Assembly: GCA_964016885.1 (NCBI GenBank) | Contig: OZ024742.1 | Location: 177,010,001 to 177,074,000, forward strand | Length of the DNA: 64,000 bases | Source: Eledone cirrhosa | Lineage: Eukaryota | Direction: 5' to 3' | Shown: piece by piece, positions 12,508 to 26,000 of the stretch | Layout of the letters: each line of letters begins with the position of its first letter | Numbering within the stretch: the stretch's first letter is position 1 | Translations under genes and position numbers: made by a program | The notes under the pieces: model-generated | Told to the model about the DNA's origin: nothing | The model's database searches: none | The model's input: only the letters and a program-made list of their open reading frames with translations

Positions 12508-12979
12508 ACATTAATATAAATCAAAATGAATTTAATCTAAATCAAAATTATGGGTGTCATGCCAGAAAGGCATGCGCCATACCACCCGTAAAATAAGCTC
12601 AAAGATTCTAATGAATAGGTCCGAGCATTTTATAACAACTAAAAATTGATTAACATATAAATAAACATATGAAACAATCACAGGGGATAAGTTTTACTAT
12701 TGTGTAATCACACATAGCTAGGTAGGTAACAAAATAAAGTTAACTAGAACTTCAAAAATAGATACCTTATAATATGATTAATCTTCCCTGTATATATTCC
12801 ATTAAAGAAATATATTTCACCAATTAATCGAATGGTAAACCACGGAGGCCGATACCTGGATTTTCAACAAGGAAGATGTACAGCGGTTTGTGTTTACGCA
12901 TTAAGTTCAAATCAGCGACTGGCCAGTAACACGTCTTGTATCTACTGGAGCATAATTATCACGGTATATCTTATAACCC

Positions 12980-14945
12980 CATATCTCATGGCCGCTACGT
13001 CCTGCGAATATTGCTGAAGCAGACGCACGAGGAAGAGCCTGACTTTGGAGATAAAGCTGGACACTTTGAAAAGGAAGGAACAGGGCAAGGTACGTCCGCC
13101 ATAAGTCGTAACTTAGGCCTAGCGCAGTCTACAGTCTGGACTGTTTTAAAAAATAGTGAGGCTGTCCAAAGGGCTGGGGAGAATGCTACGAATATACAGA
13201 GTAAATTGTTGACCAAATATGGGGAGCCTATTATGGATCAAAATTTGGATCGACGACACAAATCGTCAAACTATGCCTCTGTCTTTAAATGTATTCAGTG
13301 AGAAAGCATTGTCCATTATTGACAGGCTCAAGATTGAAATGGGGGTGGAGGACTTTGTATACAAGGCAAGCAAAGGCTGGTTTGATAAGTTCAAACGACG
13401 TTCGAGTCTTCACAACATAAATGTTACAGGTGAGGCTACCAGTTCCGACAAAATTCAAGGCAGTGTTAGAGAAATGCATTGCAGAGAAGGGGTACAGAAA
13501 ATAACAGGTTACTAATTATGATGAAACAGGACTTTATTGGAAAAAGATGAAAAGTAATAATTATATTGACAAGGAGGAGAAAGGTGCGAAGGGGTTCAAA
13601 GCCTCAAAGGACCACGTTACTCTGTTACTTGGAGGGAATGCAGAATGAGATTTAAAGCTAAATCCACTCTGAAACTCCAAGAGCACTCAAGGGTTTACAT
13701 AAGCAATACCTACCAGTGATATGGAAGTCTAATAAGAAGGCATGACTGATTACTTCAATTCACCAGGATCTTTTCTCCTCATATCTGTCTCTAACCCTTA
13801 AGGAATATGCATTAGCTAACGACATTACCAACCGTTTTCTGCTATTAGTGGACAACGCCCCCAGCCACCCACAGGCAATGGAAGACTGGTCAGAAAATAT
13901 TGAGGTTTTGTCCCCCCCCCCCCAACCACCACAGCTCTCATTCAGCCGATTGATCGAGCAGTCATCAAAACATTTAAGGCATACTACCAGCGAGAACCAT
14001 GCAGCAGCTGATAAAGGGCACAGATGGGCCTGACAGGCCCACGATCAGGGAATGGTGGAAATTGTACAACATCAAGCACGGCTTAGACAACATCAATGCA
14101 TCTTGGGAAGAAGTGAAGCAGTCTACCATGAACTTGGCCTGGAAGAATTATGGCCAGCATGTGTGAATGACTTCCAAGGCTTTGCTGAGGACATTGGTGC
14201 GATAAAAAAAAGATATTGTAAATCTCTGCCATAGAGCTGGCTTCGATGGTGTTAATGATGATGATGTGCAAGACCTTTTTGAAAGCCACGCTGAACCACT
14301 CTCCATTGATGAACTCATAGAACTAGACAAGACGATACAGGAGACAGAAAAAGAAGAAGAGGAGGAAGAAGAACCTGTGCGTGGCTTGGACATAACAACT
14401 CTAAGAGAATGTCTCGGGAGTATCGAAACAATATTAGAAACCCTGAAGGAACGTGACCCCAACCCTGCTAGAAGCAGCAAAGTGGCTCAAGACGTCGAGA
14501 AAAGCGTCAAGATTTACCAAGAAATATATGAAGCCAAAATAATCACTGCTAAACAGTCCTTCATCTACTCTTTCTTCAAGCCGCCAGTCACACCTGCCAA
14601 CCGTGCTACAGCTGGCTCTTCAACATCCCCTGCAATCAACGAGTTTGTTGGTTTTGAGTCTCCCACATCACCTTCATCCTCTCCTGCCGACTCAGCCCAA
14701 GATGAGTAAGGACTTAAACCCATACTGTCCCTTAGCCTCGGGAGGGACAAATGAAGAGGCACATCATCTGATGGATTACGCGACATGTATAGGGTACGGT
14801 AAATAAAAAAAAAAACATTATTTCTTTTCTGGAGGGATGACTTTTTCGATGTGCTGGAACGCATCCCTATCTATTTAATGTTATAATGGGTTCTTTATAC
14901 GGTAATTCGATATACGGTAAGGGTTTCTGGAACGAGGACTCACTG
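12980..14945 (+). mobile_element. Tigger/pogo DNA transposon (CENP-B HTH plus DDE), decayed, right TIR present
   Basis: RKSLTLEIKL, LGLAQSTVWTVLKN, FVYKASKGWFDKFKRR, NYDETGLYWK, VDNAPSHP and IQPIDRAVIKTFKAYY. Ends ...gaggactcactg followed by TA. Confidence 0.9.
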
Positions 14946-17900
14946 TATATAAATAAGGGCCCGAATGCCGCCATGTTCGGGCTTAAAGAAGAAAACAAAC
15001 GGGATGAAGTTGCACAGTACCAATCAGCACGATATATAAATACCAGCGAGGCCTTTTGGCGAATTGACCGTTTCTCAATGCACAGAAGATACCCTGCCGT
15101 CCAACACCTTACTGTGCACCTGGAAAACGGCCAAAGAGTGTACTATACAAAACAAACAACTTTTCTGAGGGCTCTGCAACCAAGGAACTCAACTCTTACT
15201 TCATTTTTTCAATTATGTCAAGGCGACGCATTCGATCGCACTTTGCTGTAACCCCAAGTCCCCTCTTTCTTCAAATGGGAAAAGTATTCATGGAAGCCAA
15301 GAATCAAAGGTGAAAGCGTTGATGGTCATCCAGATTTTAACATTGACAGCTGCTTGGCGCGAGTTTACACAGTGCCCCCTATCTACCAAGAATATTACTA
15401 CCTGCGTATGCTTCTCCATGACGTAAGAGGACCAACCACTTTTCAACACCTAAGAACTGTTGATGGCCAAATTTGCGACACGTACAGAGAGGCCTGCCGC
15501 AGGCGTGGACTACTGGAAGATGGTGCTCAGTCGGATGCTACTTTGGAAGAAGCTGTTGTTTCACAAATGCCACACAGCCTTAGGAAGCTTTTTGCTGTCT
15601 TACTGTACATTTGTAAATTGCTCGATCCTTCCTTCTTGTGGTTCAAGTACAGAGGTGACTTCTCTGAGGACTTCAGACATCAAGCACAATTACAACTTCC
15701 TGACATGGAAGTAGGCTTCATAGATGAAATCTACAACAAAACACTTATTGAAATAGAAAATATGATTGCTGCAATGGGTGGGAATGCACTGCAGACATAT
15801 GGCCTGCCCAAACCAACAGAACAGGCTCCGACGTCATTTCAGCAGACATACTTCGGGAACTATCCTACGACACTGACAGCTTGGCTACATATGTCACTGA
15901 ACATGAACCAATGCTGCTGCAGGAACAGGAACGAGCATTTGCTGACTGTGTCCACAGTCGTACGGGAGGAATCTTTTTCTTGGACGCCCCTGGAGGCACA
16001 GGGAAGACTTTTGTCATACGGCTTCTCCTTGCCAAGGTTCGACAACACAGACACAGCACCTGCTGTTGCGTCTTCCGGTATTGCAGCAACCTTACTTCCT
16101 GGGGACAGGACAGTACATTCAGCCTTCAAACTCCCCCTCAATATGACAGCAAATGACACACCCTGGTGTAATATTACCAAAGGATCAGAAAAGGCAGAAC
16201 TGCTTAAAAGGTGTGAACTTATAGTTTGAGACGAATATACCATGGCTCATAAGAGGAGATTTGGAGGCACTGGACCGGACTTTAAGAGACATAAGAGACT
16301 CCCAGGATCCCATGGGAGGCGTGACTGTCCTTTTATCCGGAGATTTCAGACAAATCCTCCCTGTTATTCCCAAAGGAACCAGGGCTGATGCTATTCGAGC
16401 ATGCTTAAAGTCATCTCCTCTTTGGCGTTATATCACAACATTAACGCTCTCTACAAACATGAGAGCTCGGATGCTTGGTGACCAAGTGTCATCAGATTTT
16501 GACACTTGGGAACGGCAAAGTGCCACTTGATGAAGATGAAAAAATCTCCCTTGAACCGTTCTGCACTTTAGTCGACAGTGCTGACGAGATGACAGATGCA
16601 TTTTTCCCTGAGTTGAGCACTAACTACCAAAATCCAAACTGGCTGTGCGAAAGGGCACTACTGGCTCCAAAAAAAGAGAATTGTCGACAAAAATCAACGG
16701 ATACTGCTTAAGTCTCTTCCTACAGCTTCGTGTAATTACAAGTCCATCGACACAGTCACAGACCCCATTAACTACCCTATTGAGTTTCTTAACTCATTGA
16801 ACCCCTCCGGGTTGCCATCTCATCGATTGGAACTTAAGCAAGGATGACCAATTATGCTTTTGATGAATCTAGACCCACCAAAACACTGCAACGGCACCCG
16901 CCTTACAGTAAATAAACTAACGCAAAACTTGATCGAGGCGACGATTCTCTCGGGGTGTGGAAATGGGGAAAATGTTTTTATCCCAAGGATTCGCCTTTGT
17001 CCATCAACATCAGAGATCCCCTTTTGATAATAGGAGGCTCCAGTTTCCAGTTCGTTGTAGTCTCGCTATGACGATAAATAAGTCTCAGGGGCAAACATTG
17101 TCCGTCGCGGGAATAAACCTAGAAGAGCCATGCTTTTCGCACGGTCAGCTATACGTTGGATGTCCCAGAGTAGGAAGCAAAAGAAACCTTTATGCATTTG
17201 CACCATACGGTAAAACCACAAACATTGTGTACCAAGAAGTTCTGTAATCAACACTGCGATACAAACTGTCTTCTAACAATCAAATACCTCGCTGCTTTCA
17301 ACAATTACCAAATTGTAGACATTGCGTCTTTGAAATTGATAACACCATACTTTTCGACTGTAAAAATTGTGACCACTTTGAGCTGCACGGTATTGAAATG
17401 CACGTTCCCCTCTGGTTGGTTGAGTCAGTTTTTAATGGATTCACCAGCGCGTGCTGCAGACGTTGATTCACATGTCTTTGCTGCCGCAGTTGACGCTGTG
17501 TTTCGGTTGATACAGCTCAAAAAGCAGACGTTGACTCACAGTTCTTTGCTGCCGCAGTAGACGCTGTGTTTCGGTTGATGCAGCTCGAGCTGCGGAAGTT
17601 CCCTCAATATTTCTATGCCGCCGTAATGAACGCTGTGGTTCGTTCTCTGCATCTCTTGCAATAGACGTTGCCTTAATATTTGCTTTCTGTCGCATTGAGG
17701 GTTGCGAATCCTTTCTGCACCTCAAGCAGCAGCAGTTGCCCCAGCATTTATTTGCTGCCTCATCGAACGTTGTGTTTCGTTTTCTGCATCTCGTGCAATA
17801 GAAGTTGCTTCAGTATTTTTCTTTTGGCGTAATAATCGCTATTCGTTATTCTCTGTTACTTTTGCAATCGAGGTTGGTGCAGCAATTGTGTTGAGGAATT

Positions 17901-18455
17901 TTGAGCTTTTTCATGTTTGGTCTATGTCACTGTAATCAGTCTAAGAAAAGCAACGGCACAGTTTCTATTGGCAGCCACAAGTATACAGAATGGCAAGCAT
18001 TTCAAACTGCATAAATCATTAGAATGCCTACACATACGCAATGCATAACCACAAATTTACATGTTCCTACTGTAGCAAACGTATAGCACCCCCCTTATTT
18101 GTACCTTTTACTCAAAGTCGTTATACATTATCTCCGTCATCCCGCGAAAACTTCAGTCTCTGAATTGCCAAACATCCCACATTATTGTCATAAATTCCAT
18201 GTGACTCACTTTTGGGCTGCTGACTTCCTTGGGGCATAGTTCGCGTTTGGAGCTCCACCGCGTCAATGTCACAATTTTACACTCATTCAGCTTTCATATG
18301 TCATAAGATTTTACCGTTTTTACATCGAACAACACATACTTCTTATGGTTAAAAATAAATGTTTTTGGGGGGTTCGTGATACGTTGTTTTCTCTTTTAAA
18401 AAATGATTTACTAATGGTAGATTTACATCCGGGCAACGCTGGGTATGGCTGCTAG
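14946..18455 (+). mobile_element. Helitron 3' portion: end of Rep domain, PIF1-type helicase and 3' terminus
   Basis: YINKG, YQSARYINTSEAFWRI, VHLENGQRVY, YYLRMLLHDVRGPTTF, FFLDAPGGTGKTF, VASSGIAATLL, GDFRQILPV, AMTINKSQGQT and FSHGQLYV. 3' hairpin ccgggcaacgctggg followed by CTAG|T at 18452-18456. Confidence 0.93.
17470..17900 (-). pseudogene. Antisense STPR-like 23-aa repeat coding remnant inside the Helitron 3' region
   Basis: ARDAENEPQRSLRRHRNIEGTSA followed by ARAASTETQRLLRQQRTV, with a 23-aa period. Confidence 0.6.
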
Positions 18456-19159
18456 TTTGTAATATAACGATAGTTCTTTGGCGTTGAGAGGTAATAAGGA
18501 ATTATAGAGATAGAGTGAAAAGGTAAAAGAAAACGAGAAGGAAAGGAAGAGTAGAAGATAGAGAGAAGGATGGAAAATAAACATAAAACATGAAAATAAA
18601 AAAAAATAAATGGAAATAAAATGATGGGAGGGAGAGAAAGGGTGAGATATGGAAATTATAATTATGTACAATAAATTTAAATTACGAACTACTAAATTAG
18701 TGAAAGATGAGATGTGTTAATCCATTTAGATATAATAATACACAATATAAGCACACAATATATAACATATAATATATGATATTAAATTAAATTATAAAAC
18801 AGAGAAATAATGTAAAATGTAAAGAATACAGAAATATATATTTATAGAGGGTAATAAATTATGATAATAATAAAAGTAAAAGTGTATAATGAGTAATGAT
18901 CATCATAAAAAAATGATGATTGTATTGCAAACAAACGTTGAGTCACACTGTACTGTCAATAAATGGGATCTACGACATATACTATAAATAGTATATGCAT
19001 GTACGATGAAGATATGAGAATGTAAATATATAAATAAATAAATAAATAGAACATATATATGTATCAAGTAGATTCAAGATATAGTTAATATAGATATAAA
19101 TATATACGTAAATATACAATTAAAATAGATAAATATAAAAATAAGTACACATATGACGC

Positions 19160-21090
19160 CCTCTTGTTTAATGGAATTGGTGCTATGAACTCAAAAGGGC
19201 TGATGCTACATTTACACTGTAGGGAATTTGAGCTTATAATCACTAATAACATGTTTCAACAGTCTGCAAACCATAACTCCTATATCCAATGATTGGCACA
19301 TCATCCACTATGTAATCACAAACAGGCATGCACTAAAAGATTTCAAAATAGCTCACCATTTTTACTCTGCTTGCTATCTTTCAGAATATGTACAGATTGG
19401 CAGTAAGATTTATGTCATCTTCCCAAAAGGCATCTTCAAAAGCCAGATCTCACCAAAGGTTGATATGGTTGTTTTGAGATTCACTGATAGGAGGCTTGAA
19501 TATTCTGCAAATCTTAACATATCACTCGACTCTCAACAGATCTTCGATGACATTATGTGTTCCTGGAGAGGGTTCAAAGATACCACCTATGCAACCCCTG
19601 TACAAAACACCAAGATTGGGTTGATAAAAGCAACTTAGATTACCAACATCTTGAAAGCGAGATATATAACATACATAGGCTTTGGATTGGTGATTCAAGC
19701 TAAACAAACAAAATCAAATCATATAATGATGGTATGCAACATGCACAGGCATTTCTTAGAAAGAGGAGGGATGTCTGGGGGTCAGCTAAAGCATCTGAAC
19801 TGCAAGGATCTGATGATAAAAAAAGTGTGAAGGGACTTTTATAATGGCTTGAAGGCAATGTATGGTATTAGGGGGAGCAGGCCAATTCCAATTCTATCTT
19901 CTGATGGTATTACCCTATACAACGACAAAGCTGAGATACTCTCCCAATGGACTGAGCAGTTTGCAAACCTCCTAAATGCTGAGTCTAATGTAAATAAAAA
20001 TGTAATATCTATTTCACAAATTCAAAATATATATGGATTAGCATTCAATTCAATCGTGAATGAAAGAAAAGCCACTTTCAAGCAACTGTTATGCAATACA
20101 CCTTCTTGTAAATATGACATTACACCTGACATTTTTAAATGTGGTGATCAAAAACTAGTTCTTAAGCTTCTGCTATTTCTGGAAATCTGAAAAGACGAGC
20201 CTGTCCCTCCAATGGTCAAAGATGCATCTATAATCCATGTCCTAAAAAATAAAGGAGGAAATATATATCTGCAGCAACTCTCGTGCCATCACTATTGTCT
20301 TTATTGCTGGTAAGTTATTTACCATGTCATTCTCAACTGAAGTCGCATCATTGGAAAAGTCACAATGATTGATGGACCGATTCCCACTTGTCTGTAAGAC
20401 GTTTGGTGTAACAATCCCCATTAAGTGATACATCAGACTAGACTATTCGAAGATGCTAAACAGGGACAGCCGATGCAGTCGTTTCCTTGTACTCATTACT
20501 CTTGACTGCAATGATCTGAAGTATGTGAACTCACTTACCTTGGCCGCAAGCTGAACCGCCCTGCATCCATGGATGATGAGATCGTCAATCACGTCTCCAA
20601 AGCAAGTGACTCTTTTGGTAAACTACATGGTTGTCTATTGGGTGTCAAAGGCATATCGTTGAAAATGGAAGTGGTATTTTATCATGCAAATGTGATGACA
20701 ACACTTTTGTAAGCCTCCGAATCTTGGGAACTTCAACACACTTACTTTTAATATCCACAAATATGTCTTCACTCTATCTATGGTTATAACCTTTCCGACG
20801 GTGTCACTAATGCCGATCTGATCACTCGGTGCGATATTGGTGGTATTGAATAATTTCTCATGTAATCCCAACTTAGATGGGCTCGTCATATCCTACAGAT
20901 CATTGAGGACCGCACATCCAATACACTGATGTATTTCCTGGTGAGGTGCACGAAACCATTACTTAGATAGAAAGAAAAAAAGACCTAGGAACACAAATCT
21001 GTGAACATACCGTGTACTTCTTTGAGCAGCTGACCGTGAAAATGGAGAATTGCCTGCCATAAAGTTATAAAGAACTTCCTCAAAAGAAAT
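19160..21090 (+). mobile_element. Old RTE/BovB-like LINE remnant (APE endonuclease to RT)
   Basis: GIGAMNSKGLML..CREFELIITN, YNGLKAMYG..PILSSDGITLYNDKAEILSQWTEQFANLLN, ITPDIFKCGD and KDASII, with many stops. Confidence 0.8.
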
Positions 21091-22061
21091 CCTATGAAAA
21101 CTGTAAGAGTTTTCAAGATTTCATACGTTTTAGTTGCCGTCCTAAGTGCTCAGGTTATCAAAATTGATTATCCTCAGCGAAATAGGTATACAAAGATTTA
21201 AATAAACTCCGGTCTTTTTAATATGATATATAGATATATTATTTAGATTGGAAATGTAGTACTGCAACTAGGTAGACGAATTAACAGCAATTATTTGCTG
21301 GGTTAACATTGACATTATCATGATATAACTGAGATGAAACGAATTTAAAGGACTAATATTAAATACTGACGCGAAGTATCCATGTTGTAAGCTATTGCAC
21401 ACACACACACACACACATACACATCTCTTGCTCTAATCCTCTCTTGTTCACGCGCACACTGTCACGGATACAGGATTGCAGCACAACACAGATATACCCG
21501 CCACACTCAGATACATAACACATACAACAACAAAATAATTTTTTAAACATTCCTTAATAAACAAACATGTAGAACTGTACACACACACACACGTCCTCAT
21601 ATCCACACACGCATGCTTCACTCAGTGTGTGATAGCTATGATAATGTAACAGCTTTTTGAGTTGATTTCAACTCCAACTGTTCCACCTTGTATTTGAGTG
21701 TCGTTCTTTAAATGAACATATACATCATGTTCAGATACATTTGTCACTAATAATTTACTTGATATTTAATACATAAAACTACATGTATAAACTACAATGT
21801 ATAAACTACACACACATACAATGTTAATACACTCAATCACGATTAGACACCACCACGACCAATGTATAAACCATTCCACCAATATATACGGTGATACACA
21901 CACAAAAAAGAATTAAGAATAAAACACACATACAAACATGTCCCTTTTTCTATTTTTGCATTATCTAATCCATCTACATGTACTCTTCTGGCGAGGGATT
22001 AACGTCCGATACATTGACCATTTTTCTGTCTTTGATACAGAACGTGAACTTAATAATAATT

Positions 22062-22245
22062 GTTTCTACTTTTGGCACAAGGCCAACAATTATCCAGTAT
22101 ATTACTGGTACTCTATTTTATTGACCCCGTAAGGATGAAAGGCAAAGTTAACCTTGGCGCAATTTGAACTCAGAATGGCAAGGGGCGTAACTCTATGCGT
22201 CAAAGCATAGTGTCTGACTCTCTACCGATACTGCCAATCCACCTG
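22062..22245 (-). mobile_element. tRNA-type SINE, family A
   Basis: Shares actggtac..tattttat.gaccccgtaaggatgaaaggcaaagttaacct with the 45 kb and 55-63 kb copies. Confidence 0.85.
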
Positions 22246-22391
22246 TTTTCATATCACACTGTGTATATAATATATATAAATATATGTCACAAATACATCC
22301 ACACATATCCACACACAGTGTCTCTGTCTCTGCGTTTGGTTGTTAGGGCTCAGTAAGAAGCCGGGTGCAGTTGCACTCTCAATAATTCCTT

Positions 22392-22469
<78 letters not shown>

Positions 22470-22481
<12 letters not shown>

Positions 22482-24180
22482 GAAGATGTCTGATTGTTTA
22501 ACCGCAAGCATTTCTACATTTTACAACCGATTTGCACCAAATTTCATACATAGGTTTCTGAAGTCCTCTTACGCGTCGAAGGCTATTTTACTCTTCCGTA
22601 CATCGATTATGGAGCCCCCCAGGGGCAGGTAGCCCCCTTAAGCCTCTCCCTTCGACACATTAACACTGTATTAGGACCTCATAACTTTTGAAGTTTACAT
22701 TCGATCTTCGTTTTCACTTTCAAAACAACAATCATCGTCGGATGAAATTTCAGAAATGTAAATATCTGATTCATTTGAAGATAACTCACTAATATTATCC
22801 TTTGTTTCTTGTTCATTTTGAATGTCGTCGTGTGTAAAAACTTCAAAGTCGGTATGGCTACATTCATAAGCCCTGTTTATACAAACAAAAATCTGTTCTA
22901 TTTTCAACGTTAAAAAAACATGTGTTATTTTAAGTTGTTTCACTATATTGAGTGTTAATTTCCGCGGTAAGGACCTAATCTCGCAGTAATCTCGAATTAA
23001 CGAGATTTTGATGGCGGTATTGTTTACTTTTAGAACGATATTTAAGTGTGGGTGTCACGGCGGTTTTGTGCGGTTAGAACACATCAAGGGGAAATAATTT
23101 CGGCCGGTTTGAACATTAAAGGGTTAAAGGAGGTTTAGTTAATGTTTTTATGGTCATAAGGTTCCAGTTTATAATACTGTAATTTTTCGGCCATTATTGC
23201 CTGTATCCTTTCAATGGTTAGTACTTACTTTGCGTTGCCTCTAACTTAAAACTTAAATTTGACTGGTACACAAAATCTTGCAAAACATACCCACTTTCTC
23301 AGACCACATAGATTTGTCACATTTTTTCACAATTTATATCAGTGTCTTTTGCTCACTTAAACGTTATTTGTCCACTAGTTATCGCCCTCCCTGGTTAATT
23401 TTCTAAAAACAATGCCCCCAAGAAAAGACCTCTCAATGGTCGATTATCTAATGATGAAAGTAGGTCTAAGCGAAGGCGTATCACGGAAGATGTAAATACG
23501 ACTGCGATCAGGCTCTCACAGAATGCTGTGCAGACGGCAGGTGCAAGAGCGGAGTAGGATGACAGTCGGCGTGAAATTCGACTGAACAAAAGTGCTGTCG
23601 CGACTGCTGCTGCTCGCGCACGAGAGAATGAAGGACGACGTGCCGTTCGACAAAGCAGGGACGCCGCTGCAACATTCGCTGCTCGCGCACGAGAGGATTA
23701 AGGACGACGCGCCGTTCGACAAAGCAGGGACGCCACTTCCACTACTACTGCTGCACGAAATACTGAAACCATAGAGCAACGACGTGGCCGACTTCTGCAA
23801 AGTGAACAGCGGCGATCATCGAGGGCTGCCGCATGCCCATATCTTGATTTGGTTGGTTACAAAAATCAGGTAAAACTACACCGACATATTCATTTCTGCC
23901 GAACTACCTGATCTGTCGATTGACAAGGACCTCTTCTGTGTAGCCACATCAAACATGGTCCATGGTCCTTGCGGACATGGAATCAATATGAAGTCCCCGT
24001 CCATACACGACGGAAAGTGTACAAAACTATATCCCAGACCGTTTTTACAGGAAACACCGACTGGCGGTGACTGATATCCGTTGTATAGGCGCAGGAGACC
24101 TGAAGACGGTGGCTTCACAGCAAAAGTTGATGAACGCGAAATCGACAACAGCTGGATTGTACCATATTGCCTGCCGTTAT
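22470..24180 (+). mobile_element. Helitron 5' portion: STPR-like repeats plus Rep (HUH) domain, internally deleted
   Basis: 69-bp repeats encode ARARENEGRRAVRQSRDAAATFA. Then RGLPHAHILIWL, ISAELPD, MVHGPCG, CTKLYPRPF, YPLYRRR and IDNSWIVPYC. Confidence 0.85.
22664..23123 (-). mobile_element. Possible piggyBac-derived non-autonomous insertion
   Basis: TTAA at 22660-63 and 23124-27, a terminal ...aaaggg, and an acidic Ser/Asp/Glu peptide on the minus strand. The TIRs match poorly. Confidence 0.4.
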
Positions 24181-26000
24181 TGGTCTTCATCATGAAAACA
24201 GTAGAGACGCGGTATCTGACTACCAAGCAGGACGATACATTAGCAGCAATGAAGCGCATGCATCAAATGGATCCAGACACCAGAAGGAATAACAGATATG
24301 CCTTCAGCCTTGGTGTAGTCGCTCTCTACACCTCGTCCCGACATTGCCGGCCGTCAATATACTAATGGAACGCGTCCAATCCACCGACCTACACTGCTTC
24401 GGGCTCACCACTACTGACATCCACCAACTCCTATCCATCGTCGTCGACAACACCTACTTCGGATTCCTTGACCAAACATACCAACAAACCTCGGGATTAC
24501 CCATGGGATCAAGCCTGTCAGGTGTTCTAGCGATCTCTTACATGGACAACCTCAAGCGCAAGGCACTCAACCCCTGCCACCCCAGCCCCGTAGCCTTTTT
24601 CTCAAGGTACGTGGACGATATCCTCATCCTCACATCTTCCCAAGACACGGCGAACAGAATCTATAAGACGTTCAACAACACGGACGAGAACATTGACTTC
24701 AGTGTTGAACACCCCAACGAAGACGGGTCACTTGCCCTCCTCGACTTCCGAATTAACATCACAGAACAGGGAGGGATCCACTGCAACGTCTACCGAAAGG
24801 CAGCCTGCAGAGACCTGTTCGTTCACTACAAGTCCGCCCTCCCTAACAGTGCCAAAAGAGGATACATCACGAACGAGATCGCGCGAATCAAAAACAGATG
24901 CAGCGATCCCGCGAGTGGTGTCACTCATACCAAACGATTCCTCGAGGTCATGGAGACGAACGGGTACCCTACCTCGCTCACAGACAGAATAGGAGACACC
25001 AGACACAAGAGACAGAGAGGCACCCAAGGCAAGTGCTTCCTTAAAATGCCACACCTGGGCGAGAATACCACCAACGCTATCCGCAAAGCTATACGGACGG
25101 AGGGCCTCAACATCCACCTGGCCCACTCGGGCCCCTCCCTGCGAAGATGCCTCTCCAGGAAACCCGGAAATTCTACTGACGCATGCTCCCTCAGAGACTG
25201 CCCGATACGCCATGCGAACTGTTGCCTAGGCACATACGTCGTGTATAAGATAGAATGTGACAGGTGAAACCAATACTACATAGGTAGCACAATCCGACCT
25301 TTGCACATCCGGATCAAGGGCCTCGTCTTTCCGGAAACACATAAACAAATGCGGAAACAAAGACAGAAGGCCCATTGTCACAATTCTAGCTGAAAGAAAC
25401 GTCGGCACGTTACGTATCAAGGAAGCGCTTTTTATCAAACGCCTGCAACCGCAAATAATCAATCGATCCGAGAGAAGCGAAATGAGATGGCTGGTTTAAG
25501 TTAACAAACGATGCAGCAACACACGCACACACACACACACAAACGAGACAACTACACACGCACACGCACACACACACAGTAGCATTCCACCATACGAACA
25601 TACTACACTGTCAATCCAGAGGAACAAGGCAACAACACACACACACACACACACGCAAGCGAGACAGCAACACACGCACACACATACACAGTAACATTTA
25701 ACAAACAGGCAGAGAATGGACTGACAGCTAGCGCCACCCCACTCCACCATTCGGCTGCTGACCTCTGCCCGACCGACCCCATTTCACGCGCACGCGCGCT
25801 CTGCTGAATACCTCAGATATTCAAAACAACAAACAGCGGAGGACGCGTTTCACACCTTTCCGATAGACAACCTTTGCCCCACCCCGGAAAAAACCCCAGT
25901 TGATGGATGTGAATCCGAAATATATAAGGACAATTAAATCTCTCCTAAGGTATCTCTCTCTCGTGTTGCTATTTTTATTTTATCCTTTATACTCTTTCCT
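24180..26000 (+). mobile_element. Penelope-like retroelement (RT, Cys-rich linker, GIY-YIG) abutting the Helitron
   Basis: VVALYTS, YQQTSGLPMGSSLSGVLA, FSRYVDDI, LALLDFRI, VYRK, VVYKIECDR*NQYYIGSTIRPLHIRI and IKEALFIKRLQPQIIN. Decayed HHR at 25899-25930 (ttgat ggat-gtga-atcc GAAA tata TA). Confidence 0.9.

Noticed and set aside
24728-25233. Antisense ORFs of 161 and 102 aa
   Set aside because: Shadow frames of the GC-richer PLE RT coding strand.
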